A stretch of DNA of 64,000 nucleotides from Bacteroidia bacterium (GTDB lineage Bacteria; Bacteroidota; Bacteroidia; JANWJV01): assembly GCA_025451785.1 (NCBI GenBank), contig JANWJV010000124.1, positions 2,428-66,427 on the forward strand, read 5' to 3'. Of the stretch, positions 30,312-40,200 are shown piece after piece. Position numbers and translations under genes: made by a program. A model generated the notes under the pieces. The model was not told where the DNA came from. It worked only from the letters and a program-made list of their open reading frames with translations, and searched no databases. Each line of letters begins with the position of its first letter. The first letter of the stretch is position 1.

Positions 30312-31562
30312 TTAGTAGTGGCACTTGCCGCACTCGATACCACCCATTTTGTCCACGGTGATCTTTTGTCCTTTGTACTTCTCAGCCAGTTTCGCGTGGA
30401 GCTGTTCGTAATAGGGGTTGTCCTTCATGCCGGGCACCTCCGTTTTGCGGTGGCAGTCGATACACCAGCTCATGGTGAGGGGTTCTTTCTGCTCTATCAC
30501 GTGCATGCCTTGTACGTCGCCGTGGCAGGTGGCGCATTCCTGTTTGCCCACTTTCACGTGCTGCTGGTGGCTGAAGAATACGAAGTCGGGGAGGTTATGC
30601 ACCTTCACCCATTCGATGGGTTTTTCGGGCTTGGTGTAGCCGCTGCCGTCGAAGCCGGAGGCTACGCGTACTTTTTCGATCTCAGGCTTCATCCAGCCGC
30701 AGGAGCCTTCAATACCCTTGTGGCAGTTCATACAAACGTTTACCGTGGGGATGCCGGCGGTCTTACTGCGCTCTACACCGCTGTGGCAGTACTGGCAGTT
30801 GATACCGTTATCGCCCGCGTGGATCTTGTGCGAGAACTTAATGGGTTGTTCGGGGGCGTAGCCGGTGTAAACACCAATGCCCATCATGCCATCCCATGCG
30901 GCTTTGGAGCCAATGCAAAGGACGAAGATGACGCAGAGCGCTACAAAGCGTTTGTGCATGCCCATCCAGGCTTTAGCCTCAGGCCAGAAGCCCATTTCGG
31001 GGTTCAGGGGTTTGCCTTCGCGCTCGTTGAGGGTGTTGCGGATAGAATGTTTTGTGGTACGAAGAACAGCGATGAGCAGTACAAGGAAGCTGATGATGCC
31101 AAGGAGCACATACAGAGTGGCATTGCTTTCTTCCTCTTCTGTTACAGCGAAAGGGTTTTCGCAGTCGCTTGGGGCTTCGTCACCGCCTCCTGTCTTGATA
31201 AATTCTCCAATGGCCAGAACCTCTTCTTTGCTCAGTTCACTTTCGAAAACGGTCATGGCCGAAACGTCGAAGGAGCTAATCTTCACGGCATATTTGTCGC
31301 CGGACTTGATCAGTTTATCGTTGTTCAGGACCCAGTTCACAAACCAGTCGCCCTGGGGAATGCGGTTGAAAACACCCAAGAGGCTGGGACCAGTGATCTT
31401 CACGCCCTCTTTCATGCTGTGACATACAGCGCACTTCTGCTTAAAAAGCTTCTTTCCGTCGGCTTGGGCGGAGGCATTATTGAAACTGAAAGAGAGTGAG
31501 AGAAAGAGGAGGGATAAGATCAACCTGAGCGGTTTCCGTGGAGAAAGACACACTGTATCCAT
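30312..31562 (-). CDS. actA: Alternative complex III subunit ActA, hexaheme cytochrome c
   Basis: Six CxxCH motifs (CAVCH, CQYCH, CMNCH, CATCH, CIDCH, CGKCH); QPIKFSHKIHAG; monoheme plus pentaheme layout. Confidence 0.93.
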   Translation of the reverse strand: MDTVCLSPRKPLRLILSLLFLSLSFSFNNASAQADGKKLFKQKCAVCHSMKEGVKITGPSLLGVFNRIPQGDWFVNWVLNNDKLIKSGDKYAVKISSFDVSAMTVFESELSKEEVLAIGEFIKTGGGDEAPSDCENPFAVTEEEESNATLYVLLGIISFLVLLIAVLRTTKHSIRNTLNEREGKPLNPEMGFWPEAKAWMGMHKRFVALCVIFVLCIGSKAAWDGMMGIGVYTGYAPEQPIKFSHKIHAGDNGINCQYCHSGVERSKTAGIPTVNVCMNCHKGIEGSCGWMKPEIEKVRVASGFDGSGYTKPEKPIEWVKVHNLPDFVFFSHQQHVKVGKQECATCHGDVQGMHVIEQKEPLTMSWCIDCHRKTEVPGMKDNPYYEQLHAKLAEKYKGQKITVDKMGGIECGKCHY

Positions 31563-31625
31563 AATGTTTTTTTTACTTTAAAGTGGGTGAGTAAAACAAG
31601 AACGTTGGACTTTTCACTCGGGTGG

Positions 31626-31633
31626 CAAATTTA
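31626..31633 (-). promoter_or_regulatory. -7 promoter element of the act-cox operon
   Basis: TAAATTTG on the minus strand, ~65 nt upstream of actA. Confidence 0.55.
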
Positions 31634-31688
31634 TAAGAAACTCAATACAACGATTACAGAATTTCGAAAATTTTATCAAGATTTAATA

Positions 31689-31707
31689 ATTTATAATCAT
31701 TCTAAAT
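31689..31707. promoter_or_regulatory. Fur-family-like 9-1-9 operator
   Basis: ATTTATAAT-C-ATTCTAAAT, an inverted repeat with one mismatched pair, containing ATAATCATT. Confidence 0.5.
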
Positions 31708-31833
31708 AAGATTTTTTTCTATCGCTGAAATGAGCTCTGAAATTATGCGCTTCGAATCTCGTTTCATCATGCCCGGAACGGCGTTCATCGAAGCCAAAAA
31801 AAGGGTACTTTTTTTGCTTTGGAGATAAACCTT

Positions 31834-31841
31834 TACTTTTG
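31834..31841 (+). promoter_or_regulatory. -7 promoter element for the SPOR gene
   Basis: TACTTTTG with an upstream TTTG; the ATG is 5 nt downstream. Confidence 0.55.
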
Positions 31842-31846
31842 CTGCG

Positions 31847-32269
31847 ATGAAAATGTGTTTGTCAAAACTTTCCGCCCTTCTTTTCCTGGTTTCGTCTTTC
31901 ACCTTCCAGCTTTCAGGTAGGGCTCAACAGGATTCGGGGCGCGTAGAGGTGGTGCAGGAAGGCAGGATACCCGCAGTGCTCAATAAGTACCACGATATTC
32001 ACGGAAAAAAGAATGGTAAGATACCCGGTTACCGCGTGCAGATCCATTTCGGCGGCGACCGCGCGAAAGCGAAAGAGATAAAGTCAAAATTCCTGGTAAG
32101 ACATCCCGATGTTCCGGCCTACGACCCTTACGAGCAGCCCAATTTCAAGGTGCGTGTGGGCGACTTCCGCACACGCCTCGAAGCCTATAAGTTTATGAAG
32201 GAAATAATGGGCGAGTTTCCTGCCTCATTTATCGTGCAGGACGAGATCGAGCTTCCGAAGCTGGATTGA
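31847..32269 (+). CDS. SPOR-domain (peptidoglycan-binding) protein
   Basis: Signal peptide; GYRVQI...AKEIK...PNFKVRVGDFRTRLEA...ASFIV. Confidence 0.88.
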   Translation: MKMCLSKLSALLFLVSSFTFQLSGRAQQDSGRVEVVQEGRIPAVLNKYHDIHGKKNGKIPGYRVQIHFGGDRAKAKEIKSKFLVRHPDVPAYDPYEQPNFKVRVGDFRTRLEAYKFMKEIMGEFPASFIVQDEIELPKLD

Positions 32270-32304
32270 ATTTCCCCTGAATTTCCCCGCGATTAATCGC
32301 GGGG
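32267..32304. repeat. 11-bp tandem duplication abutting a 20-bp perfect palindrome (REP-like or terminator)
   Basis: TGAATTTCCCC twice (32267-32288), then CCCCGCGATTAATCGCGGGG (32285-32304), between convergent genes. Confidence 0.65.
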
Positions 32305-32317
32305 CTAAAGTTCCGGA

Positions 32318-32734
32318 TTATTTAAACCCAACCGAAACGGCCACACAGCCGCTCTTGTCGAGCCCATCGCCGCCTGTACTTGCCGGCGCTATGATCTCCA
32401 CGGTAAGGTCTTGTGTGCTCTGCACGTCAAAATCCCACTGGATGGTTCCGTAACCTTTGGTGGTAAACACGGTGTTTCCAGCCGCGTCCTTCAGGTTGAA
32501 CTGGATCTTGCCCAGGGCCTCGGCCGCTGATATCACAATACGGTATTCATCCCCGTAATAAAAGGTCATGGCCACTTCGGTCTTATCGCCGGCCAGCAGG
32601 GTGGTATTGGTCACCTGGCCATTGCTGATATAAGGTTTCAGTTTGGCGAGGCTCTTGTTCTTGCACTGCGCGAAGCTTTCGGAAGCAGTGAAGATCGCGA
32701 GGGTAAGTATGCTGAGTTTCAGGATATTTTTCAT
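32318..32734 (-). CDS. Hypothetical exported beta-sandwich protein
   Basis: Signal peptide (SFA-Q); beta-rich; Cys near both ends (AQC, SGCV). Confidence 0.7.
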   Translation of the reverse strand: MKNILKLSILTLAIFTASESFAQCKNKSLAKLKPYISNGQVTNTTLLAGDKTEVAMTFYYGDEYRIVISAAEALGKIQFNLKDAAGNTVFTTKGYGTIQWDFDVQSTQDLTVEIIAPASTGGDGLDKSGCVAVSVGFK

Positions 32735-32750
32735 GTCTTTCTTTTTTTAT

Positions 32751-32774
32751 CCGCCGAAGCTTTAGCGAAGGCGG
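32751..32774. repeat. REP-like element, family shared with 46468-46491
   Basis: CCGCCGAAGCTTTAGCGAAGGCGG versus CCGCCGTAGCCTTGGCGAAGGCGG (21/24 identical). Confidence 0.75.
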
Positions 32775-32786
32775 GATTTACCTTGA

Positions 32787-33692
32787 TTAGATCTTGGTGA
32801 TATTGTTCCTGAGGGCCGCAGCCTTCTCGGTGATCTTGTCGAGCTGCTCTTTGCTGAGGGTGTAATTGTTAGATCCCCCAATGGTGATCTTGCCTTTGGT
32901 AGTGTCGGCCGTCACGGTAGGCGCTGAAGCGCTGCCCGACATGTCGTACACTTCCTTGATGCCTTTCAGCTCGTCGATGATAGTGGTGATGCCTCCGTCG
33001 GCGTTCTGGGTCTGGAGCATGGCCAGCAGGTTGTTGAGCGAGCCTTTCAGTTCCGCGATTCGGGTGCTGATGTCGCCAGCCTTCTTGCTGGTCTTCGCGG
33101 CCTGTGTTCCCAGGTAAAGTCCTTCTACGAAACCTCCTGTAAGGGCCATCGCGAAAGTATTGGCTTGTGCGTCTTCCTTAAATGACTCGTTGGCGTTGAG
33201 GTAGGATTCAGAGATGATCTGGAGCAGCGAGTCGCGCTTGCCTTTGTTGGCTTCCATGCGCTTGATGGTCTCGGCCGAAAAAGCACCCGAGGTGCCCAGT
33301 CCGTCCACCAGCTTCTTGGTAGCGTCCATGTAGTTCATGGTCTCCTGCATCTGGTCGAAAATGGTAGCGTAGCTAAGGTCGGCAACATACACGCCCAGGT
33401 TAAGCGCCTTGGCGGTGCTGGTGCTGTACTTGTCGGCATTGCCGGTAGGGTTCAGCATGGCCTTGTCAAAGGTAGCGCCCGATTTCTTGAGCATATTGCC
33501 CAGCTGGATAGGAGAGGGCAGCGAGTAGAACACGCTTTGCTTAGGAGCCTCCTTGGTCATGGTGTCAGGCACCTGCGTAGTATCTTTTGTGTCTTTGGGG
33601 TCTTCGCCCGATCCGCCGCAGCTTCCGAGTACGAAGGCCAGGGCAAGGGTCCCGATAGCTATCGGGGTGAAAATGTTTTTGCTGATGGTCAT
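32787..33692 (-). CDS. Hypothetical alpha-helical lipoprotein
   Basis: Lipobox LGSC; LPSPIQ, KALNLGVYVADLSY, GGFVEGLY; own TACATTTG -7 box at 33713-33720. Confidence 0.75.
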   Translation of the reverse strand: MTISKNIFTPIAIGTLALAFVLGSCGGSGEDPKDTKDTTQVPDTMTKEAPKQSVFYSLPSPIQLGNMLKKSGATFDKAMLNPTGNADKYSTSTAKALNLGVYVADLSYATIFDQMQETMNYMDATKKLVDGLGTSGAFSAETIKRMEANKGKRDSLLQIISESYLNANESFKEDAQANTFAMALTGGFVEGLYLGTQAAKTSKKAGDISTRIAELKGSLNNLLAMLQTQNADGGITTIIDELKGIKEVYDMSGSASAPTVTADTTKGKITIGGSNNYTLSKEQLDKITEKAAALRNNITKI

Positions 33693-33741
33693 GAGGTTTG
33701 GATTTTCAGGACCAAATGTAGAATATTTTTTGAAAGTAAGA

Positions 33742-33810
33742 CCCCTCCCTGTTGTAGGAGCTCTCCCCCTGCCCGGCGAAGCCGGGATAGGGGGAGACTC
33801 AGAGGGGGTT
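33742..33810. repeat. Composite REP-like nested hairpin
   Basis: CCCCTC...CTCCCCCT-GCCCGGCGAAGCCGGG-ATAGGGGGAG-ACTCAGAGGGGG; touches the stop codon of the protease gene. Confidence 0.6.
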
Positions 33811-34900
33811 AGCTTCCAATTATCACCTTCCCCTCTACAACCAACTTCCCACCTTCCTCTGTTTTTATAGAGCAGGAATCCGGTAACTGAACGATGCCTT
33901 TGATAGTAAGCGTAGCCCCTTTCTTTACCAGCAGTCCGCTGTAAAGCCTGATATCGAAATCCCAGGTCTCGTTCTTGCTTATCTCGCGGGGCACAGGCGA
34001 GAAAGTATTTGCTTTTACGTACCTCCTCACCGTTTTGATCGAAAGCGCCCTGTGCATTTTGCCGATCTGCTTAGGTGAAAAATAATAATCGACCACCGCC
34101 GCGCCGCCCATCATATTATTAGTGCAGGTATTGCTTTTGCCCCTGGGGTCGCAGCTCCAGTCGGCCTGGTGCCAGCAGTTAAGGCCCTTGTTTTTGCCGA
34201 ACACATCGTCGAGGTATTCAGGACTTTTCTCGTCGCAGGTCTCGGGGCAGCAGCTGGCCTGGTAAGTATGCATCAGGTCGAGGGTATGTCCAAATTCATG
34301 CGCTAAACATTGTGCGGTGGCATAGATGGGCGCTTCGCGTATAGGGATGTACGCGAACATATGACTGGTAAGGGATGGAGCGCTTGCGTAAGTGTCAAAG
34401 GAAGGATAAGGTGTTTCGGCATGTTGTGTGCAAGTTCCTGAACTGAAATAAACATTTAGCTGATCAAGACGTGAAGGGTCGGCTTTTTTTACCGCTGCTC
34501 TCATGGAGGGAACATCACAGCTTTTGCTCAGTCCCGCAGCCGGATAAAAGTAAATGCGGTCCTTCAGTTCAAAGCGGATCTTTGTGTCCTTTAATTCTTT
34601 TACGCCAGCTATTGGGTCCGAAGGCTTCGCATTATTGATATACCAGCTGTTCACCCATTCGATCACTTTCTTGAACGCTTCACGGTTCTCTTTTGTATCG
34701 GGCAGGCTGAACACGTTGAAGTTCACTTCAATGATCTTCACCGGTGTGTTGTCATCAGGAATATAGGTCTCGATGCGGCGGTATTTGCCGGTATAATCAG
34801 GATTGGTGTTACTGAGGGTATTGTTGCAAACGGGATTGCCGGGAGGTGGTGATGGAAGGAGCAGAAAGGGAAGGAAAACGGAGAGAGGGAAAAGCTTCAT
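33809..34900 (-). CDS. Secreted metzincin zinc metalloprotease (M43/pappalysin-like)
   Basis: HEFGHTLDLMH zinc motif; NNMM Met-turn; FSPKQIGKMH; likely start MKLFPLSV. Confidence 0.75.
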   Translation of the reverse strand: MKLFPLSVFLPFLLLPSPPPGNPVCNNTLSNTNPDYTGKYRRIETYIPDDNTPVKIIEVNFNVFSLPDTKENREAFKKVIEWVNSWYINNAKPSDPIAGVKELKDTKIRFELKDRIYFYPAAGLSKSCDVPSMRAAVKKADPSRLDQLNVYFSSGTCTQHAETPYPSFDTYASAPSLTSHMFAYIPIREAPIYATAQCLAHEFGHTLDLMHTYQASCCPETCDEKSPEYLDDVFGKNKGLNCWHQADWSCDPRGKSNTCTNNMMGGAAVVDYYFSPKQIGKMHRALSIKTVRRYVKANTFSPVPREISKNETWDFDIRLYSGLLVKKGATLTIKGIVQLPDSCSIKTEEGGKLVVEGKVIIGS

Positions 34901-34918
34901 ACCTTCTCCCAGCAATAA

Positions 34919-35605
34919 CTATTCCCTTTTTAAAAAGTAAAAGTTCATCGGGCCGTTTTTCTTGAACCCTAATTGCTCATACAGAAAAATGGCCCTCTCA
35001 TTATCGGCTCTTACATGCAGAAAGGGCTTTTGGCCTGCGGTGAGGATCAGGTCTACCTGGTGTTCCAGCAAATGGCTTCCATAGCCTTTACCCAAATGAT
35101 CGGGGTGCGTACACACGGCACTTACTTCGGAGTGATCATAGATATGCAACCGCTGCCCTGTCATGGCAACCAGCTTATCCTTGTCGAAGATCCCGAAGTA
35201 ATGTCCGAACTCAATGGTTCGTGTATCAAAGGGGCCGGGCTTGGTAAGAGCGGCTAAGGCCACCATTTCATCCGCATGCTTCGCTTCAAGCGGAACAAGG
35301 ACAAAATTTCCCTTTTTATTTCCGGAGGATTTTTTCGCCGTGAAAACAAATTGCGATCCCTCGATGTGTGCCCGCAATTTCCAACCTTTGGGTTCATCAA
35401 TGGGTCTTCGGGAGGCATAAAGAATTCTCCTTTCCGCTGGAAGCATTTCATGCAGGTCATCAAATCCCTTTGTGTACCCATCGCTGAAACCAACAAAGGG
35501 CGAGATCTCCGGGTCAAAATATTTAACATCATCATTGCCATAGCCCCTTTTCGCATCACCGGTTAGCAAAGCGTGATAAACAGGGTTGTCAAGAAAATTT
35601 TCCAT
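34919..35605 (-). CDS. GNAT acetyltransferase (FR47-like)
   Basis: Real start probably MENFLDNPVYHAL; TKPGPF, AMTGQRL, EVSAVCTHPDHLGKGY, PFLHV..N..AI.LYEQLGF. Confidence 0.88.
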   Translation of the reverse strand: MENFLDNPVYHALLTGDAKRGYGNDDVKYFDPEISPFVGFSDGYTKGFDDLHEMLPAERRILYASRRPIDEPKGWKLRAHIEGSQFVFTAKKSSGNKKGNFVLVPLEAKHADEMVALAALTKPGPFDTRTIEFGHYFGIFDKDKLVAMTGQRLHIYDHSEVSAVCTHPDHLGKGYGSHLLEHQVDLILTAGQKPFLHVRADNERAIFLYEQLGFKKNGPMNFYFLKRE

Positions 35606-35609
35606 TGAA

Positions 35610-37202
35610 CTAAGTGTCTCTCTTGAATTCCGAGGTAAAATGGAAGGTGACCGCCGGATATTGGTCGATCGCCATTTGCAACAGGAAAGGACTCTCCGCC
35701 AGGAACACCGCGTTGCGGTCTTTGTCGTAAGCAATGTACTGCGACTTCACGTCCAGGAACTTTTCGAGCTGGGCCCTGTCGTCGCTCGTGAACCAGCAGG
35801 CCTTGTGGATGCTCCTCGGCTCGAAACGGCAGGAGGCGCCGTATTCATGAAGCAGTCGATATTGGATCACCTCGAATTGCAGTTCGCCCACGGTTCCCAC
35901 GATGCGCTTGCTGCCGCTGCTCTGGGTGAAGAGCTGCGCCACGCCCTCGTCGGTCAATTGCTCGATGCCCTTTTCCAATTGCTTCGACTTCATCGGATCG
36001 GTGTTGATCAACTCCTTGAAGATCTCAGGCGAGAAACTGGGAATGCCTTTAAAGAGAAGGTCCTCGCCTTCTGTTAATGTATCGCCGATCTTGAAATTGC
36101 CGGTATCATATAACCCGATCACATCGCCGGGAAATGCTTCTTCAATAATGCTCTTCTCCTGGGCCATAAAGCTGGCGGGGCTCGAGAAACGAAAATCTTT
36201 GTCGAGCCTTACATGATGATAGAATTTATTGCGTTCGAACTTGCCGGAGCATACTCTTAAGAACGCGATACGGTCGCGGTGGCGCGGGTCAAGGTTGGCG
36301 TGGATCTTGAAAACAAAACCGCTAAAGTTATTTTCTTCGGGTTCCACCTCGCGCTTGTCGGTAGGACGAGCGCCTGGCTTGGGCGATATGCGAATGAACG
36401 TGTCGAGCAGCTCCTTCACACCAAAGTTATTGATGGCGCTGCCGAAGAACACCGGCGCGATATTTCCCGCGAGGTAAGGCTCCTGTGTGAACGGATCGTA
36501 CACGCCTTCGATAAGCGTCACATCCTCGCGCAATTGTTTCGCTTCGTCTTCACCCACTTGTTCATCCAGCAGTTCATCGTCAATGTTCTCCACTGCTACA
36601 ATGTCTTCCTCGATCTTTGTTTTATTGGGATTAAAGAGCAACAGGCTCTTATCATACAGGTTGTACACTCCTTTGAACGTGCTTCCCATGCTGATCGGCC
36701 AGCTGAGGGGACGCACCTTGATGCTTAACTTTTCTTCGAGCTCATCCAGCAGGTCGAAAGGATTTTTTCCTTCGCGGTCCATCTTGTTCACAAAGATGAT
36801 CACTGGTGTGTTGCGCATGCGGCACACTTCCATGAGGCGTTCGGTTTGCGCTTCCACGCCCTTGGCGCAATCCACCACTAGTATCACACTGTCAACAGCA
36901 GTCAGTGTACGGTAAGTGTCTTCCGCAAAATCTTTGTGGCCGGGTGTATCGAGGAGGTTGACCTGTACATTATTATAACGGAAACCCATCACGGAGGTAG
37001 CCACGGAGATGCCCCTCTGTTTTTCAATTTCCATGAAGTCGGAGGTGGCGGTCTTGCGGATCTTGTTGCTCTTTACCGCGCCCGCCGTTTGAATGGCACC
37101 GCCGAACAGAAGCAGTTTTTCTGTGAGTGTGGTCTTGCCCGCATCAGGGTGACTGATGATGGCAAAGGTGCGGCGCTTGTTGATCTCCTCGGTGTAAGCC
37201 AT
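35610..37202 (-). CDS. prfC: Peptide chain release factor 3
   Basis: [54 protein letters not shown]. Confidence 0.97.
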   Translation of the reverse strand: MAYTEEINKRRTFAIISHPDAGKTTLTEKLLLFGGAIQTAGAVKSNKIRKTATSDFMEIEKQRGISVATSVMGFRYNNVQVNLLDTPGHKDFAEDTYRTLTAVDSVILVVDCAKGVEAQTERLMEVCRMRNTPVIIFVNKMDREGKNPFDLLDELEEKLSIKVRPLSWPISMGSTFKGVYNLYDKSLLLFNPNKTKIEEDIVAVENIDDELLDEQVGEDEAKQLREDVTLIEGVYDPFTQEPYLAGNIAPVFFGSAINNFGVKELLDTFIRISPKPGARPTDKREVEPEENNFSGFVFKIHANLDPRHRDRIAFLRVCSGKFERNKFYHHVRLDKDFRFSSPASFMAQEKSIIEEAFPGDVIGLYDTGNFKIGDTLTEGEDLLFKGIPSFSPEIFKELINTDPMKSKQLEKGIEQLTDEGVAQLFTQSSGSKRIVGTVGELQFEVIQYRLLHEYGASCRFEPRSIHKACWFTSDDRAQLEKFLDVKSQYIAYDKDRNAVFLAESPFLLQMAIDQYPAVTFHFTSEFKRDT

Positions 37203-37212
37203 ACAGGAGCCG

Positions 37213-37220
37213 CAAAAGTA
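37213..37220 (-). promoter_or_regulatory. -7 promoter element for prfC
   Basis: TACTTTTG on the minus strand, 10 nt before the ATG. Confidence 0.55.
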
Positions 37221-37235
37221 TAAATAAACGTATTA

Positions 37236-37284
37236 CCCTTCGACTCCGCTCAGGGTGACCGTCAGGCTGAGCGAAGTCGAAGCC
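37236..37284. repeat. REP doublet (two inverted related 24-mers, REPIN-like)
   Basis: CCCTTCGACTCCGCTCAGGGTGAC-c-GTCAGGCTGAGCGAAGTCGAAGCC; the second half is a near reverse complement of the first. Confidence 0.75.
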
Positions 37285-37287
37285 TTA

Positions 37288-40200
37288 TCACTTCCGCAAT
37301 AACATCAGGTATCCGTGCAGGTCGTATTCCTTGCTGTCGTTACCGTGAGCCTTCAGCACATAATAGTAAGTTCCTTCAGGCGCGTCCTTGCCGCTCGCGG
37401 CTTTACCGTCCCAGCCGCCATTGAGGTCGCTGAACGATCCCATCTTCAGTCCCCATCGGTCGTAGATCTCCACGTACAGGTCCTTCATGCCCTTGGTATT
37501 GATGGTGAACAGGTCGTTGTAACCGTCGCCGTTCGGTGAGAACACATTAGGCACGATGAGCGTGCTGAGGTCTTCGGCAATGATGGTTACCATTATGGAG
37601 TCTTTACATCCGTTGGAATTCGTTACCACCAGTTTCACGGTATAACTTCCGCTGCTCACGTACGTGTGATTGGTGTTCTGTGAGCTGGAGCCGCTGCCGT
37701 CGCCGAAGGTCCAGGTATAACTGGTGCCCCCGCTGCTGGTATTGGTAAAGGTCACGTTCAGAGGTATCTGCCCGCTAGAAGGATTGGCGTTAAAGGCGGC
37801 TGTTGGTTTGGGGTTCACTGTCACGGTCGCCACGGCGGTTTTCGTGCAGCCATTGGCATCAGTAGCTGTTACCGTATAGTTGGTGGTGCTCGTGGGACAA
37901 ACATTCACAGTGCTGCCACTAAGGTTGCCGGGGTTCCAGGTATAGCTAATGTTGCCGGTGCCGCCGGAAGCATTGGCGGTAATGTTGATGCACTCGCCAG
38001 GGCATATCGTTCCACCGGTTCCGGTAACAACGATGGCAGATGGCTGATTGATCAGTATGGTTTGTGTATTCGAACAACCGCTCGAGTCGGTGATCGTAAC
38101 TGTATAAGTGCCCGCGGTGAGTCCGGTGGCACTCGAGCCATTTCCGCCGGTAGGTGTCCAGCTATAGGTATAAGCACCGCCGCCGCCAGAGGCGGTAACA
38201 CTGCCGCTGCCATTGCTGCCTCCGTTACAAAGCACATTGCTTTGCGCGGTAAGCGCGCTCAGGTTTCCTCCTCCGGTGATCTGTACGGTTTTGGAAGCCA
38301 CAAGAATATTGCAGGAAGCGTCGGAAACAGTGACAGTATAAATGCCCGCGCTTAATCCTGTTATGGATGAAGAAGTGGCACCGTTGCTCCAGGTATAAGT
38401 ATAAGGCGATATGCCGCCCGACACACTTACCGAAGCGCTGCCGGTAGCTCCACCGCAAGCGGTGCTATTGCTGCCAGCATTTAGGGTAAGCGAAGGCGCC
38501 GGCTTGTTACAGGTTTGTACCAAGCCCGTATAAGAACCAACAAACGTATCGCCGCAGGCAACGATCTCTTTGTTAAGGCCGAAGGCAAGATCGAATACCG
38601 GAGGGGTGGTCACTGAAGTAAGTTGCGTAAGCGACGTATCATATTTCACGATGCTGCTGCCTGTTCCTACATACACGTTCTCACAACTGTCAACAAGGAT
38701 GCCTGAGTTGGCGCCGGCAGTTCCTCCTGTAACAACGATGGTCTTCAGGTTGACTCCGGTGGTTAAGCTGTATTTACAAAGGTTGATCCCGTCGTAAGTG
38801 AAAACAAAATTATAACCCGCTGCGATGCCGTTAAGTCCCGAAGCGCCAGAGCCCAATGAGCCTGTGCCCACCACGTAGGCAGGAGAGAAATAAGGGAAGT
38901 CGGTACCGTTGTGACAACTGGCCACATTGTACACATTGCTGAGGCCGGGCGTTACGCTCAGGAGCCTGCTGGCTGGGGTGCCGCTGATACCGGTGGTGGT
39001 AAGCGCGTAAAAGTTGCAATCGTACGAAGTGGTGAGCGCACGTATCTCGATGGAGTTGCCTGACCCGTTCACGTTCACTTTGCCGGTGATGGCCCCGGTG
39101 GTTTGGTTTACGAATGCCATTGAAGAAGCGCCAACCGCACCGGCGCACATCAGGTTGGTTTGGCTGACGTCGAAACGCAGGCAAAAGGCTTCAAGGAAAG
39201 CAGCGTTATTGGTCCATACAACTGTTCCGGCGGTTGTGAGCTTCTGGATATTGGCGGTGCCGGGTGTTATGTATACGTTACCGGGTTTGTCAACCACCAG
39301 GTCGCCAAACCAGTTGGCATTGTTCCAGGGTGTGTTGTAACTCCAGAGCGCCACTCCGTTCACATCGTATTTCCTCACCTTGAAAGGGGTGTTAGAACCA
39401 TAGATGTAAGAGTTACCCGCCGCATCCACCGCCACGTGAAAGGCTTTATTGAGCGGTGTCCATTGAGGATTGGTGGTCCAGGGATCGATGATGATTGTTG
39501 ATCGCTGATTGATGATTGTCGGTTGAAGATCAAATGAAACGGTATTGTCGTTCAGAGAGAAAGAGGACCCAACTGGTTTCCCGTCTTGATAAAAACTAAG
39601 AGGAGCATGGTCGATGATGTCGCCGAATTGGGTTTTGAGATGAATATTTCCATTGGCGTCAATTGTCACGGCATCGGCACCGGTATAACGCATCTTAATT
39701 TGTGAAACATCAGCACCGGGATGAACAATGAGGTTGTACTTGGTGCCTTCTTTCGGATGGAACGAATATTCGGCGTCAATGCCTTTGTAAAGGTCCTTGT
39801 AGATAAGCTTGGTAAAACCTTTCGCGTAATATACGTTCTCCATGTTCTCCCTGGTCATGTCATAGTTAAAATACTCCTTCACTTGTCCTTCCGATAGGAT
39901 CTTCACCGAGGGATTCGCGTTCAACCACTCCATACGCACCATGGAAGTGCGGGTAACATACATTTTATCTCGCAGCTCTCTCTCGCGCTTCATCTCTGCT
40001 TCGCCCTCCTCTTTTCCGCGGCGCTTCGCCTCTTCGCGAAGGAGCTCTGCATACATTTTGGGATCGGTCTCGGTACGGTCGATGCGGTAAAGCAGGCCGG
40101 TGGGAGAATAATAGATCTGTGTTCCTAACACATCGGCGCCATAGAACACCTGCGCGCCGGGAGCATTGTCCTTCGCGCTGAACTGCCCCTTGTTCTCAAC

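Noticed and set aside
22281-31499. Long + strand ORFs (23056..24054, 27496..28539, 30309..31499 and others)
   Set aside because: Antisense to well-supported act/cox genes; typical codon-bias shadows with no recognisable motifs.
35606-35734. N-terminal extension of the GNAT ORF overlapping prfC, as a possible frameshift fusion
   Set aside because: A good ATG lies at 35605 just after the prfC stop, and no slippery site was seen.
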